Shown piece after piece: positions 1-12,173 of a stretch of DNA of 64,000 nucleotides; the stretch's first letter is position 1; each line of letters opens with the position of its first letter. The DNA comes from Sulfuricurvum sp. (GTDB lineage: Bacteria > Campylobacterota > Campylobacteria > Campylobacterales > Sulfurimonadaceae), in assembly GCF_028713855.1 (NCBI RefSeq), contig NZ_JAQTNN010000016.1:215-64214 (forward strand), written 5' to 3'. A model generated the notes under the pieces. That model was not told where the DNA came from. It searched no databases and was given only the letters and a program-made list of their open reading frames with translations. A program made the position numbers and the translations under genes.

Positions 1-1
1 A

Positions 2-136
2 GAAGAAGCGCAAGCTGCTCTTGTCATTGCTAACGCCAACTTACATAAATATGTTAGCAAAGGTGTCTTGAAAAAAGAGACTGCTGCTCGTAAAGTAAGC
101 CGTCTTCACCTCGCTGTTAACGCAATCGCAGCCTAA
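2..136 (+). CDS. rpsT: 30S ribosomal protein S20, 3' part (5' end outside window)
   Basis: Manual translation [44 protein letters not shown]; matches the S20 C-terminus; sits upstream of prfA. Confidence 0.92.
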   Translation, partial: EEAQAALVIANANLHKYVSKGVLKKETAARKVSRLHLAVNAIAA

Positions 137-162
137 GCTTAACCCCTCGGGGTAGCTTTCCT
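136..162 (+). terminator. Probable intrinsic terminator after rpsT
   Basis: Hairpin agct..accc-ctcg-gggt-agct followed by a short T run. Confidence 0.5.
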
Positions 163-207
163 TCTCTAAAATATTTTCTCAAAACGCCTCTCTTTAGGAA
201 TACCATT

Positions 208-1275
208 ATGTTATCCGACAAACTAACCCCTTTCATCAACCGTTATAACGAATTAACCGAACTTCTCAGTTCTCCCGATATTGGTAATGACATCAAACGG
301 ATGACCGATCTCTCCAAAGAACAATCCGCGATTCAAGCAATTGTGACCAAAGCAACCGAATACAAAAAGCTCCTTGATGATATCGAAGAGAACAAATCAC
401 TCGCGTTTGATGCGGAACTCGGTGAACTTGCGAAAGAAGAGCTAAGAGCATTGGAACCGATGGTTTCACCACTTGAAGAAGAGATCAAAAAACTTCTCAT
501 CCCCGCTGATCCTAATGATAAACGTAACATCTATATCGAACTTCGCGCCGGAACCGGAGGGGATGAAGCAGCAATCTTTGTCGGCGATTTGTTCAATGCT
601 TATGTCCGTTATGCCGATGTCAAAGGATGGAAAATTGAACTCATGAGTTCCAGCCCCTCTGATGCAGGAGGCTACAAAGAGATTATTGCCCTCATCAAAG
701 GGGAGCAGGTTTATTCACGGCTCAAATACGAAGCGGGAACCCACCGTGTTCAACGTGTCCCTGCAACCGAGTCTCAAGGACGGGTTCACACCTCAGCAAT
801 CACCGTTGCCGTAATGCCGGAAGTCGATGATGTCGAAATCACGATTAATGAAAGTGATCTTAAAATTGACGTCATGCGCTCAAGCGGATGCGGCGGACAA
901 AGTGTCAATACAACCGACTCTGCGGTACGTATTACCCACATCCCAAGCGGAATTGTAGTCAACAATCAAGATGAAAAATCACAGCATAAAAATAAAGATA
1001 AAGCGATGAAAATTCTCAAAGCTCGTCTGTATGAAATGCAGATTCAAGAGGCCAAAGAGAAAGAGATGAATGAGCGTAAAGAGCAAGTGGGTACAGGAGA
1101 TCGCTCAGGTCGTATACGTACCTACAACTACCCTCAAAACCGTATCTCCGATCACCGTATTACCTTAACACTGTACCGTCTTGAAGAGATTATGCAAGGG
1201 GGGTTGATGGATGATATTATCGATCCGCTGATCGCTGATGCACAGGCGCAGATTATGGAAAGAGCAGGATTATAA
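208..1275 (+). CDS. prfA: Peptide chain release factor 1
   Basis: GGQ motif (GCGGQSVN), [22 protein letters not shown], 355 aa. Confidence 0.97.
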   Translation: MLSDKLTPFINRYNELTELLSSPDIGNDIKRMTDLSKEQSAIQAIVTKATEYKKLLDDIEENKSLAFDAELGELAKEELRALEPMVSPLEEEIKKLLIPADPNDKRNIYIELRAGTGGDEAAIFVGDLFNAYVRYADVKGWKIELMSSSPSDAGGYKEIIALIKGEQVYSRLKYEAGTHRVQRVPATESQGRVHTSAITVAVMPEVDDVEITINESDLKIDVMRSSGCGGQSVNTTDSAVRITHIPSGIVVNNQDEKSQHKNKDKAMKILKARLYEMQIQEAKEKEMNERKEQVGTGDRSGRIRTYNYPQNRISDHRITLTLYRLEEIMQGGLMDDIIDPLIADAQAQIMERAGL

Positions 1276-1276
1276 A

Positions 1277-1354
1277 AAAATCGCAAGCGATTTTGGGCTT
1301 CCTGCCGAAGGAAACCCAGTGTTAACGTAGCCAATCGGGACGCGTTCCGATGGC
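1277..1354. repeat. Three adjacent hairpins between convergent prfA and dapF (bidirectional terminator or REP-like element)
   Basis: aaaatcgc-aa-gcgatttt; gggcttcct-gccga-aggaaaccc; gccaatcggga-cgcg-ttccgatggc. Confidence 0.55.
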
Positions 1355-1356
1355 GT

Positions 1357-2106
1357 TTAAAACCTCCAGTAAGTCTCAAAAACCCCTTTGACTTCCCCTT
1401 TAAACGTAATCGTCCCCTCATCAAGTCCTAGATATAGTGTTTCTCCACTTTTTGGATAGACACGGGCATTATCCGTAACCAAATTCTCAATCGAAGCACG
1501 ATAAAAACACGCTGCCATACCAGTTCCGCAGGCTAATGTCTCATCTTCTACCCCGCGTTCATAGGTTCGTACCCGCATACTTCCATCAGCATTTATACTT
1601 GCGATATTTACATTGGCATTGTATTTGTAACGAAGTTCTCTCGCCATCGCAATATCAAAATGATCCATACCCGCATCAAATGTCACGAGATGAGGGACAC
1701 CCGTATCGATAAGCCACCACGTCATCTCATGCTCTAGAATGGCATCATTAATAACTACCGGAGGAGTCAAATCACTCTGAACCATATCTCCTTCGATAGC
1801 GGCTTTTATCAACCCGGCACCCGTTAAAAACTCCATTTTTTCGCCTGCTAATCCAAATCGGTAAGCATAATGGGCACACGCACGGCTTCCGTTTCCGCAC
1901 ATCGATGCAGTGGAACCGTCAGCGTTATAAAACTCCCATTCAAAATCATGGCTCTCATGAGGAAGAATGACAATCAGTCCATCCGCTCCGATACCGTTTT
2001 GGCGGTCACAAAGAGTCCGGGCGAGTCCGGATCGATCCGCTCCGTGAAAGGCATGAAAGATGACGAAATCGTTGCCGCTGGCACAATATTTGGCAATTTG
2101 AAGCAT
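1357..2106 (-). CDS. dapF: Diaminopimelate epimerase
   Basis: KYCASGNDF, SMCGNG, TGVPHLV, ERGVEDETLACGTG motifs; start moved to MLQIAK (ATG 2106). Confidence 0.95.
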   Translation of the reverse strand: MLQIAKYCASGNDFVIFHAFHGADRSGLARTLCDRQNGIGADGLIVILPHESHDFEWEFYNADGSTASMCGNGSRACAHYAYRFGLAGEKMEFLTGAGLIKAAIEGDMVQSDLTPPVVINDAILEHEMTWWLIDTGVPHLVTFDAGMDHFDIAMARELRYKYNANVNIASINADGSMRVRTYERGVEDETLACGTGMAACFYRASIENLVTDNARVYPKSGETLYLGLDEGTITFKGEVKGVFETYWRF

Positions 2107-2137
2107 GAGATAATCCTTTGGATTAATAATACGGTAA

Positions 2138-2743
2138 TTATACCTTAGGCGCGGGATAGAGTGTTTTAATATTATCAACAAACTGCTCGCATTCGTGCTG
2201 AAGATGTTTGAGATTGGAGGAGTTATCGATCACCCACGTTGCACGCTCTTTTTTCTCCTCGATATCCATCTGACTCTCGATGCGTCGAAGGGACTCCTCC
2301 TCAGAGAAACCGTTGCGTTTCATAAAACGCTCCAACTGTAATACTTTAGGGGTATAGACAACAACGGAGTTTTTGATCGGGTACGACGAGGTTTCAAAAA
2401 AAAGGGGGATATCGATCAGATAAGGGTATTTGAGGCTATCTTGTTTTTCACTTTGCTCTTCGATCGCAGCGCGAATTTTCGGATGGAGAAAACTTTCCAA
2501 CTCTTTTTTTGCTTCGGGATCGGCAAAAATGATTTTACCGAGAGCGGGACGATCCACTTTGCCGTTTTTGACAAACTCGTGACCGAATCGCTCGGTTACC
2601 CATGCACCGTTTTCATCCAAAATACGGTGTGCTATCGTATCGGCATCAATGATACGCAGACCATTAAGCCCCAGTAAAGAGGCAACGGTACTTTTACCCG
2701 TCGCTATCCCTCCTGTAAGTGCAATGGCATATTCAAAAGCCAT
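2138..2743 (-). CDS. coaE: Dephospho-CoA kinase
   Basis: LTGGIATGKS P-loop, DADTIAH, DRPALGKIIF, LHPKIR, DIPLFFE. Confidence 0.95.
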   Translation of the reverse strand: MAFEYAIALTGGIATGKSTVASLLGLNGLRIIDADTIAHRILDENGAWVTERFGHEFVKNGKVDRPALGKIIFADPEAKKELESFLHPKIRAAIEEQSEKQDSLKYPYLIDIPLFFETSSYPIKNSVVVYTPKVLQLERFMKRNGFSEEESLRRIESQMDIEEKKERATWVIDNSSNLKHLQHECEQFVDNIKTLYPAPKV

Positions 2744-3297
2744 TAGTTACGGATAATACCCAAATAATTTTTACGGATGTATTGCGGCATGGCAAATACC
2801 CCGATATGGACATCGCAGTTGTAAAACTGAAGTCCCTCAATCAAATCGCTACGCTGTAAAATCAAATCAGCGGTCGGGTGATACTCTTTTGAACAAATTA
2901 GCAATGTCGAACCATCCCCTGCGTAATAAGGCATAATGATTTTAAAATAGTTCCCTAAAATCTGCATTACCTTTGTATTTTCCGTGACATCATCCAAATT
3001 TGGATGTTTCGCAACCATAAGCCCATCATCCTTGAGAAGGCGATTAGCATGGGCGAATACGGCGGCATCATCGCTTTGTGCGTCCAAAAGTAACACATCA
3101 ATACTTTTATCGATGCCGTCGCGTAACGATGCGAGAATATCCATACTGTCAACTACTGTTGACTCGATATCACGATAACGTCCAAGCTCATCTTGAATGA
3201 GCGCACTATTGGTACTTGCTACCAAGACACTCTTCGGGGTTTTGTGGGTACACATCGGAACATGGACCATCATTTCAGGATAAATAAACGTTTTCAT
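2743..3297 (-). CDS. speE: Spermidine synthase-like protein (short, degenerate Campylobacterota type)
   Basis: FIYPEMMVHVPMCTH, SKEYHPTAD, FYNCDVH resemble SpeE; no GGGDG motif; start could be upstream (3345). Confidence 0.7.
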   Translation of the reverse strand: MKTFIYPEMMVHVPMCTHKTPKSVLVASTNSALIQDELGRYRDIESTVVDSMDILASLRDGIDKSIDVLLLDAQSDDAAVFAHANRLLKDDGLMVAKHPNLDDVTENTKVMQILGNYFKIIMPYYAGDGSTLLICSKEYHPTADLILQRSDLIEGLQFYNCDVHIGVFAMPQYIRKNYLGIIRN

Positions 3298-3455
3298 TCG
3301 TTGAGTGATCTCTTCTTCATCGGAATTTTTGAGCGATTGTAACACGCAGAGATTAAAAGGGTTTGAATATTCCAGTTCTCTTTTAACATTAAAGCTTCTG
3401 CTATTCTCTTTTGATATAATTTTACCAAATTAATCCTATAAATATCGGAGTTATA

Positions 3456-3656
3456 ATGTGTGCTGAAAGAATTCAACGTTTTTTGATGGCAATCGTCTTA
3501 ACCGCAGCAATGCTTCTGTTTGCAAACAACCAAATGTTCTACGCGATGATCGTTCAAACACTTGTAATCGTGATGGTTATCGTGTGGGCTCTATTCGATT
3601 TTTGCCCTTCTTTGTGGCTGTTTAAAAAAGTTTTCGGATCTTGTTACGAAAAATAA
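3456..3656 (+). CDS. Small two-TM membrane protein (YgaP/DUF2892-like)
   Basis: 66 aa, RBS ggag, two hydrophobic segments, FCP motif near the C-terminus. Confidence 0.65.
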   Translation: MCAERIQRFLMAIVLTAAMLLFANNQMFYAMIVQTLVIVMVIVWALFDFCPSLWLFKKVFGSCYEK

Positions 3657-3713
3657 ACTTCTCCTAACACTCCCTTCGTTATAATTCCCTTATTACAACA
3701 GATGAGGGACTTC

Positions 3714-4709
3714 ATGAGTCAAATCAGCTATAAAGATGCCGGTGTCGATATCGACGCAGGTAACAGTTTTGTCGAAAATATCAAACCACTCGTTAAATCG
3801 ACGGCTATCCCCGGTGTACTCGGTGGAATCGGTTCGTTTGCGGGGGCATTTGAACTCCCTACCGGATACCGTGAACCCGTTATGCTTGCTGCAACCGACG
3901 GTGTAGGCACGAAACTCAAACTCGCTATCGATTCGGGTATTCATAATACTGTTGGTATCGATTTGGTCGCCATGTGTGTGAATGACCTCATCTGTAACTT
4001 CGGAACCCCTTCGTTTTTCCTCGACTATTACGCAACCGGCAAACTCGATGTTACCGCAGCAACGGCTGTAGTCAGCGGTATCGCTGAAGGGTGCCGTCAG
4101 GCCGAATGCGCCCTTATCGGCGGTGAAACAGCAGAGATGCCGGGAATGTATCACTCAGATGATTATGACTTAGCCGGATTTGCTGTCGGTATAGGCGAAA
4201 AAAGCGAACTTGACCGCTCTGATAAAGTAGAAGCAGGGGATATTCTTATCGCTCTTCCGAGCTCAGGCTTGCACTCAAATGGCTTCTCGTTGGCCCGTAA
4301 AGTATTGTTCGAAAAAATGGGGATGAAATTTGAAGACGATTTCGAAGGAAAACCTCTGATCGAAACCCTTCTTACTCCGACACGTATTTATGTTAAAACA
4401 TTTAAAGCACTCAAAGACAAAATCCAAGCACTTGCACACATCACGGGCGGTGGAATTGTGGAAAACTTCCCGCGTGTTCTCCCAGAGGGGCTACGTGCCG
4501 TCATTACCGAATCTTCAATCCGGGTATTGCCAATTTTCGAATTGATCGGTCAGCATGTCGAACGTACTGAAATGTTCCGTGCATTCAATATGGGAGTCGG
4601 CATGATCCTTGTGGTCAAAGAAGCCGATGTTGCCGATGTATTAGCATCTACTGACGGCTATGTTATCGGTCATCTTGAAGCAGGTCAACGCGAGGCTGTT
4701 CTCGTTTAA
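3714..4709 (+). CDS. purM: Phosphoribosylformylglycinamidine cyclo-ligase
   Basis: YKDAGVDIDAG, TDGVGTK, GGETAEMPG, SSGLHSNGFSL, HITGGG. Confidence 0.97.
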   Translation: MSQISYKDAGVDIDAGNSFVENIKPLVKSTAIPGVLGGIGSFAGAFELPTGYREPVMLAATDGVGTKLKLAIDSGIHNTVGIDLVAMCVNDLICNFGTPSFFLDYYATGKLDVTAATAVVSGIAEGCRQAECALIGGETAEMPGMYHSDDYDLAGFAVGIGEKSELDRSDKVEAGDILIALPSSGLHSNGFSLARKVLFEKMGMKFEDDFEGKPLIETLLTPTRIYVKTFKALKDKIQALAHITGGGIVENFPRVLPEGLRAVITESSIRVLPIFELIGQHVERTEMFRAFNMGVGMILVVKEADVADVLASTDGYVIGHLEAGQREAVLV

Positions 4710-4809
4710 CTTTTCCTCTCCGCTTCGGCGGATACCCGTTGTTTTAACTTCATTAACATTTTTAACTTTTTTTTATATTATGATATTCTTTTTATTTAAA
4801 GGACTTGTC

Positions 4810-5256
4810 ATGAAACTCAAAATTCTAGGAGCTTTAGCGGTTACTGCAATAGTGATTCAATTTATTCCTTACGGTAAAGATCACGTTAATCCTCCAATCA
4901 TGAGTGAACCTCAATGGGATTCCCCACGTACACATGAGTTATTCAATCGTGCTTGTGCCGCTTGCCACTCACACGAAACAACCTATCCTTGGTACAGTAA
5001 TATTGCTCCGATATCATGGCTCATTGCGCGCGATACTAATGAAGGTCGTGAGCATTTTAATGTTTCAATGTGGGGCATTCAAAAGAAGAATGAAGGTAAA
5101 GATGCCGCTAAAGAAGTTCGTGAAGGAGATATGCCTCCATGGTTTTTTCTTCCAACCCACCCTGAAGCACGATTAACTGCGTTAGAGAAAAAGGATCTCG
5201 CAGCCGGGCTTGAAAAAACATTTGGAAAAGAGGCAAAGGAAGAAGAAGAAAAATAA
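4810..5256 (+). CDS. Exported haem-binding domain c-type cytochrome
   Basis: N-terminal signal/anchor, CAACH haem c motif, YPWYSNIAPISW, MPP near the C-terminus; start set at MKLKIL. Confidence 0.8.
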   Translation: MKLKILGALAVTAIVIQFIPYGKDHVNPPIMSEPQWDSPRTHELFNRACAACHSHETTYPWYSNIAPISWLIARDTNEGREHFNVSMWGIQKKNEGKDAAKEVREGDMPPWFFLPTHPEARLTALEKKDLAAGLEKTFGKEAKEEEEK

Positions 5257-5264
5257 AGATAAGT

Positions 5265-5291
5265 CAAAGGAGGGAGTCATTCCCTCTTTTG
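5265..5291. terminator. Bidirectional terminator between convergent genes
   Basis: aaaggaggga-gtcat-tccctctttt. Confidence 0.55.
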
Positions 5292-5294
5292 AAT

Positions 5295-6737
5295 TTATTT
5301 CAGCATATCTGCACGTGGGAAAGTAAAGGTCGATTGTCGTATAACAACTACTTTATCTTTTGCGTCCATTGCATAAGCACGTATGGTAATCGGTATAACC
5401 GTATCTTTACGATCATCATTCACAAGAACTTCATCTGTATAAAGGACAATTACTTTCTTCTTAACAACACCCGGTTTCACTTTGAACGGCTTTTCAGGCT
5501 CAGCGATTTTGATTTTGCCTTCCATACCTTTAGGTGCGATGACATCAAAATAGTATTCATGATCTTCATTCAATGTATTTTGCAATAAGAACGTATAGGC
5601 ATTGTCTACCTGCACCTTACCTTCATCATTGGTTGTAATCGAATACAAACGGTTCTCTTTATTGATATTAAGAAGCATATACTCTTTTTTGCTTCCCATC
5701 ATCCCTAAAATGACACTCACGATAACTAAGATTGTAATGTATCCAATAATTTTTGGGCGTAAATAGTGCGTTTTCCCTTTCATGTAGAGGGTCTCTTTTT
5801 CGCTTGACCATTCCACAAGACTCGGCTTACCGAGTTTGCCCATCACTTCCGTACACGCATCAACACATTCCAGACAGTTAATACACTCAAGCTGGAGCCC
5901 TTTGCGAATATCGATATGAGTTGGACATACCGTAACACAGCTCTCACATGTCGTACATTCCGCATGGGCGTTGACAGCTAACAAATCTTTTTGTTTAGTA
6001 AATATTTTCTCTTTTTGCTCGTTGTAAATCTCACCGCCGCGATTTGGGTTATAGACCGCCATAACTGTATCATCATCATATAAAACGGACTGAATACGTG
6101 AGTAAGGGCAAACGTATACACAAAAATTCTCTTGTAAGAAAATAATGTCATAAACTAAAAATAGAACAATCCCGATAATCGATCCCATCAATACCGTATG
6201 TTCCATCGGATTTTGAATATACGCCAAGAAATCTTCCGGCGGTACGAAATACCACATCAGATCGGCCGCAGCGATAAAAGACAATCCAGTCCAGAGGAGA
6301 ATTCCTACCAGTCGTTTTACTTTATTTTCAAACTTAGAATAATCCGGTTCTTGTTGTTTGTTTTTAATACGTTTGCGAAGACCTAAAAGTTTTGTTTCGA
6401 TCAAATCACGGTAAACCACACGGAAAATGGTTTGGGGACACATCCATCCGCAGAAAACACGTCCGCCCAATACGGTAATACCAAAAATACCAATAAAAAG
6501 GATCATCAGCAAAAATGGCATCAAATAAAGTTCTTGCATATCAAACTGAATAAACATCAAATGAAGTTTTAATTTATCAAAACTCAGCAAGAAAAGGTGA
6601 TTACCATCTACTGTAATCCATGGCACCGCCAGTGCAAAAATAGTAACCAGCCCATAAAACCAATACCGTCTAATCCGCCAAGGGGTCCACCCCGACAGAT
6701 ACTCTTTCCCTTTTGGGGACACTGTTTCTTCACTCAT
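5295..6737 (-). CDS. ccoG: Cytochrome c oxidase (cbb3) accessory protein CcoG/FixG
   Basis: GRVFCGWMCPQT, CVYVCPY, CTTCESCVTVCPTHIDIR, CINCLECVDAC, multiple TMs. Confidence 0.93.
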   Translation of the reverse strand: MSEETVSPKGKEYLSGWTPWRIRRYWFYGLVTIFALAVPWITVDGNHLFLLSFDKLKLHLMFIQFDMQELYLMPFLLMILFIGIFGITVLGGRVFCGWMCPQTIFRVVYRDLIETKLLGLRKRIKNKQQEPDYSKFENKVKRLVGILLWTGLSFIAAADLMWYFVPPEDFLAYIQNPMEHTVLMGSIIGIVLFLVYDIIFLQENFCVYVCPYSRIQSVLYDDDTVMAVYNPNRGGEIYNEQKEKIFTKQKDLLAVNAHAECTTCESCVTVCPTHIDIRKGLQLECINCLECVDACTEVMGKLGKPSLVEWSSEKETLYMKGKTHYLRPKIIGYITILVIVSVILGMMGSKKEYMLLNINKENRLYSITTNDEGKVQVDNAYTFLLQNTLNEDHEYYFDVIAPKGMEGKIKIAEPEKPFKVKPGVVKKKVIVLYTDEVLVNDDRKDTVIPITIRAYAMDAKDKVVVIRQSTFTFPRADMLK

Positions 6738-7405
6738 TATACGACCTCCATCATATTAATAGTTGATTCATCGATTGGACACCGAATCGTTCCAATCACT
6801 GTAGCTTCTGCATCCACATCGTCTCCGATACCGATGACACCGCTAACCACCTCTTTAAGCTCGCGTGATTCGATGTAATCTTTAAGGGAGCTTCGACTCA
6901 CTGCCAAGACACGTGCGATCTCGCTCACACTTTTTCTTTTCTTCAATAAATCGATAATCTGTTCCAAATGCATATCGAATTTTGACGATGATTTGGATCC
7001 GCGCGGACGGCCAATCCCTTTTTTGGCATCATCTTGTAGCACCTGACGGAGCTGATCAATAAGACCTAAAACGACCATTGTATCACTTTTACGGTCGATT
7101 ATTACACCGGATTTGACAAAGTGGATCGTATTATTATTTTTTAGAAGACAGCTGAACATTTGAACAACATCCTCAATATAGCTGCTCAAAGTCCATGTAT
7201 CATAAATGATTAAAGTATCGCCATTCAGTGTACGAAAGAACCGCACTACTTCATGACGATCTACCAACCGTTTGTTTTGGGAAGTTTGATCCACAAGCTC
7301 TTCGTTAATCACGATCCCTTTTTGATCGGCATATCCGTTAATCAATTTAAGCTGTTCATAAACACCATCGAAGTCTTTGTCTGGACGGATATAACTTACG
7401 GTCAT
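6737..7405 (-). CDS. Resolvase-family (serine recombinase-like) protein with C-terminal HTH; catalytic residues absent
   Basis: SYIRPD at the YxRVS position, GDTLII, GRP hinge, SVSEIARVLAVSRSSL HTH; stop overlaps ccoG start. Confidence 0.75.
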   Translation of the reverse strand: MTVSYIRPDKDFDGVYEQLKLINGYADQKGIVINEELVDQTSQNKRLVDRHEVVRFFRTLNGDTLIIYDTWTLSSYIEDVVQMFSCLLKNNNTIHFVKSGVIIDRKSDTMVVLGLIDQLRQVLQDDAKKGIGRPRGSKSSSKFDMHLEQIIDLLKKRKSVSEIARVLAVSRSSLKDYIESRELKEVVSGVIGIGDDVDAEATVIGTIRCPIDESTINMMEVV

Positions 7406-7482
7406 TGTATGTTTAAATCCTTTCTAAAACTGAATTTCATCGTCATTTTAACAACTATGACGACTAAAGTCAATACAAAAGA

Positions 7483-8280
7483 TTATTTTTTCGTCAGAAA
7501 TTTATCATCCACCAAAACAATTTCACATTGTAATTCAATATCAAACTCTGTTTTTACCCGTCTCTGTGCTTCTTGTATCAGGCTTAACGCATCTTCATAC
7601 GTTCCGCCGCCGTAGTTGACGAGAAAATTGGCATGAACTTCACTAAAAGCCATAGCTCCGACACACTTACCTTTTAATCCAACCGCTTCGATAAGGCGTC
7701 CGGCATAATCACCCGGAGGATTTTTAAAACAGCTCCCGGCGCTTGGCTCGGATGGTTGATTTGAACGCATTTGAGCAAACATATCATAACGCTCAGTCGA
7801 ATACCCCGACTCTGCCTCGAACACTGCTTCAAAGACTACTTCATTTATAGAGGTTTTACGGTAGCCGTACTCAATTTGGTCTTTAGCTATCCAACCGCTT
7901 TGAGTGCGGATGGCAATAAGATGGTTAAAAATCTCATATTCTTTGAGTCCGGCGTTCATTTTCAACATTCCGCCGAGTGTTCCGGGAAGTTTCGAGAGAT
8001 ACTCAAAATGGGCTATATTGTGCTTTTTGCAAAATGAGACAACCCGTCCGCCCGGAGTTGCCGCACCGATGTGAAGTCCATCCCTCTCAAGAGCGATAAA
8101 ATCATACGCTTTTGAGAGAATCATCAATGGCGGAGGAGTGGACGAAACCAATATATTGTTAGCAGCACCGATAATAAAACACTCTTCAGGGACAATATCA
8201 TTTTCTATGAGAGCGACATCGACGACGGGGCCGATGCGGATGGAGCTGAACTTGGAAAAATCGATCGTTTTGCTGTTCAT
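7483..8280 (-). CDS. murB: UDP-N-acetylmuramate dehydrogenase
   Basis: PGTLGGMLKMNAG, YGYRKT, QPSEPSAGSCFKNP, HANFLVN. Confidence 0.95.
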   Translation of the reverse strand: MNSKTIDFSKFSSIRIGPVVDVALIENDIVPEECFIIGAANNILVSSTPPPLMILSKAYDFIALERDGLHIGAATPGGRVVSFCKKHNIAHFEYLSKLPGTLGGMLKMNAGLKEYEIFNHLIAIRTQSGWIAKDQIEYGYRKTSINEVVFEAVFEAESGYSTERYDMFAQMRSNQPSEPSAGSCFKNPPGDYAGRLIEAVGLKGKCVGAMAFSEVHANFLVNYGGGTYEDALSLIQEAQRRVKTEFDIELQCEIVLVDDKFLTKK

Positions 8281-8546
8281 TGCGTAAAGGTTGGAATCAT
8301 ATTAAACATCCGAATCGTAAAATCCTGCATTTCGTTCATCATCCACGGCATCGTTAAAATAATTACAATGACGATACCGATAATCTTAGGGATAAAACTG
8401 AGTGTCATCTCATTGATCTGAGTAGTAGCCTGAAAAATACTCACCGCTAATCCTAAAAACATTCCGACAAGTAGTGCCGGAAGCGCTAAAATTAATGCGA
8501 TTTTAAATGTTTCAATCCCTAATCCAATCAATTCTTCTTGCATCAT
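8277..8546 (-). CDS. fliQ: Flagellar export protein FliQ
   Basis: 89 aa, FQATTQINEMTLSFIPK. Confidence 0.96.
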   Translation of the reverse strand: MMQEELIGLGIETFKIALILALPALLVGMFLGLAVSIFQATTQINEMTLSFIPKIIGIVIVIILTMPWMMNEMQDFTIRMFNMIPTFTQ

Positions 8547-8547
8547 G

Positions 8548-9411
8548 TTATGAATACCTCAAATCAGTATATTCCAAAGGAATCATAAAATCCCTCGGAT
8601 CAATCCGTGTGTCAAAGAAACCGTGTTTATGCCCTAACTCAAAAAGGAGATCAATCGCTTTGTATTGGGTCTCACTCAGAGTAATGGATTCATCATTTGC
8701 GTAGAGTTCCAAATATTTTTCCAACGTCGGCGCATCAATACGGACAAGATTGCGCTCCATCAACATTTTAGATAGATTTTCTTTATGGTCTCGGGCAATT
8801 TGCACCGCTTTGGTCAAAAGATTCTCATACGAAATAGCGGAAGTGATCGGAAGTGATCGGCGAATAGCCATCCCACCAAGAGGAAGAGGAAGTTCTCCTC
8901 CGGAGAGTTCACACCAAATATCCCAAAGTTCTCGTTCAACTTCCAGCGAGTCATCGTATCCCAAAATACTTTCATGAATCAAAACGCCTGCATCGACAAC
9001 ACCGTCCAAAACAGCCTGTTCAATCTCTAAAAAGTTCATATAAATGATTTTTGCATCAGGATAAGCAATTCGAAAGAGCAATGCATTGGTGGTGTATTTC
9101 CCGCTAAGTGCCACTTTAAACCGTTTTTTGAGAAGCGTATCTTTTTTCCGGATGAGTTTTGGACCATACCCTTGACCGAAACTCACTGCCGTCCGAAGCA
9201 ATGCGTAATCGTTTCGAATATGGGGATAAAGACCAAAACTGATCGCACTAATATCGTACGTCCCTTTGAGCGCTTCCGTATTGAGAGTTTCAATATCTAA
9301 AGCAATGTTGTCAAACTGAATATTGTTTTGCCCTACCCAACCGAATTTAATGGCGTAATACATAAAAATATCATCGGCGTCGGGAGAGTGGGCAATCACC
9401 ATTTTTTTCAC
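8548..9411 (-). CDS. mqnD: Futalosine-pathway menaquinone biosynthesis protein MqnD
   Basis: IAHSPDADDIFMYYAI, LDIETLN, GVLIHE, LPLPLGG; GTG start. Confidence 0.88.
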   Translation of the reverse strand: MKKMVIAHSPDADDIFMYYAIKFGWVGQNNIQFDNIALDIETLNTEALKGTYDISAISFGLYPHIRNDYALLRTAVSFGQGYGPKLIRKKDTLLKKRFKVALSGKYTTNALLFRIAYPDAKIIYMNFLEIEQAVLDGVVDAGVLIHESILGYDDSLEVERELWDIWCELSGGELPLPLGGMAIRRSLPITSAISYENLLTKAVQIARDHKENLSKMLMERNLVRIDAPTLEKYLELYANDESITLSETQYKAIDLLFELGHKHGFFDTRIDPRDFMIPLEYTDLRYS

Positions 9412-9495
9412 TAAAAATCCTATTCAATTATGTATATCAATTAAATTTTAACCAAATAACGCTAAAATATCTCTATTCCAGAATGCGAATTATTA

Positions 9496-9553
9496 ATATT
9501 TCATTTTGTCATATTTTTAGAATATATTTCATTTTGTCATATTATGACGCAAT
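9496..9553. promoter_or_regulatory. 20-bp direct repeat x2 plus palindrome upstream of recA (candidate operator)
   Basis: atatttcattttgtcatatt at 9496-9515 and 9524-9543; GTCATA-T-TATGAC at 9536-9548. Confidence 0.55.
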
Positions 9554-9583
9554 TTTAAAACACTAGTCTCAGGAGAGCAACGC

Positions 9584-12172
<2,589 letters not shown>

Positions 12173-12173
<1 letters not shown>

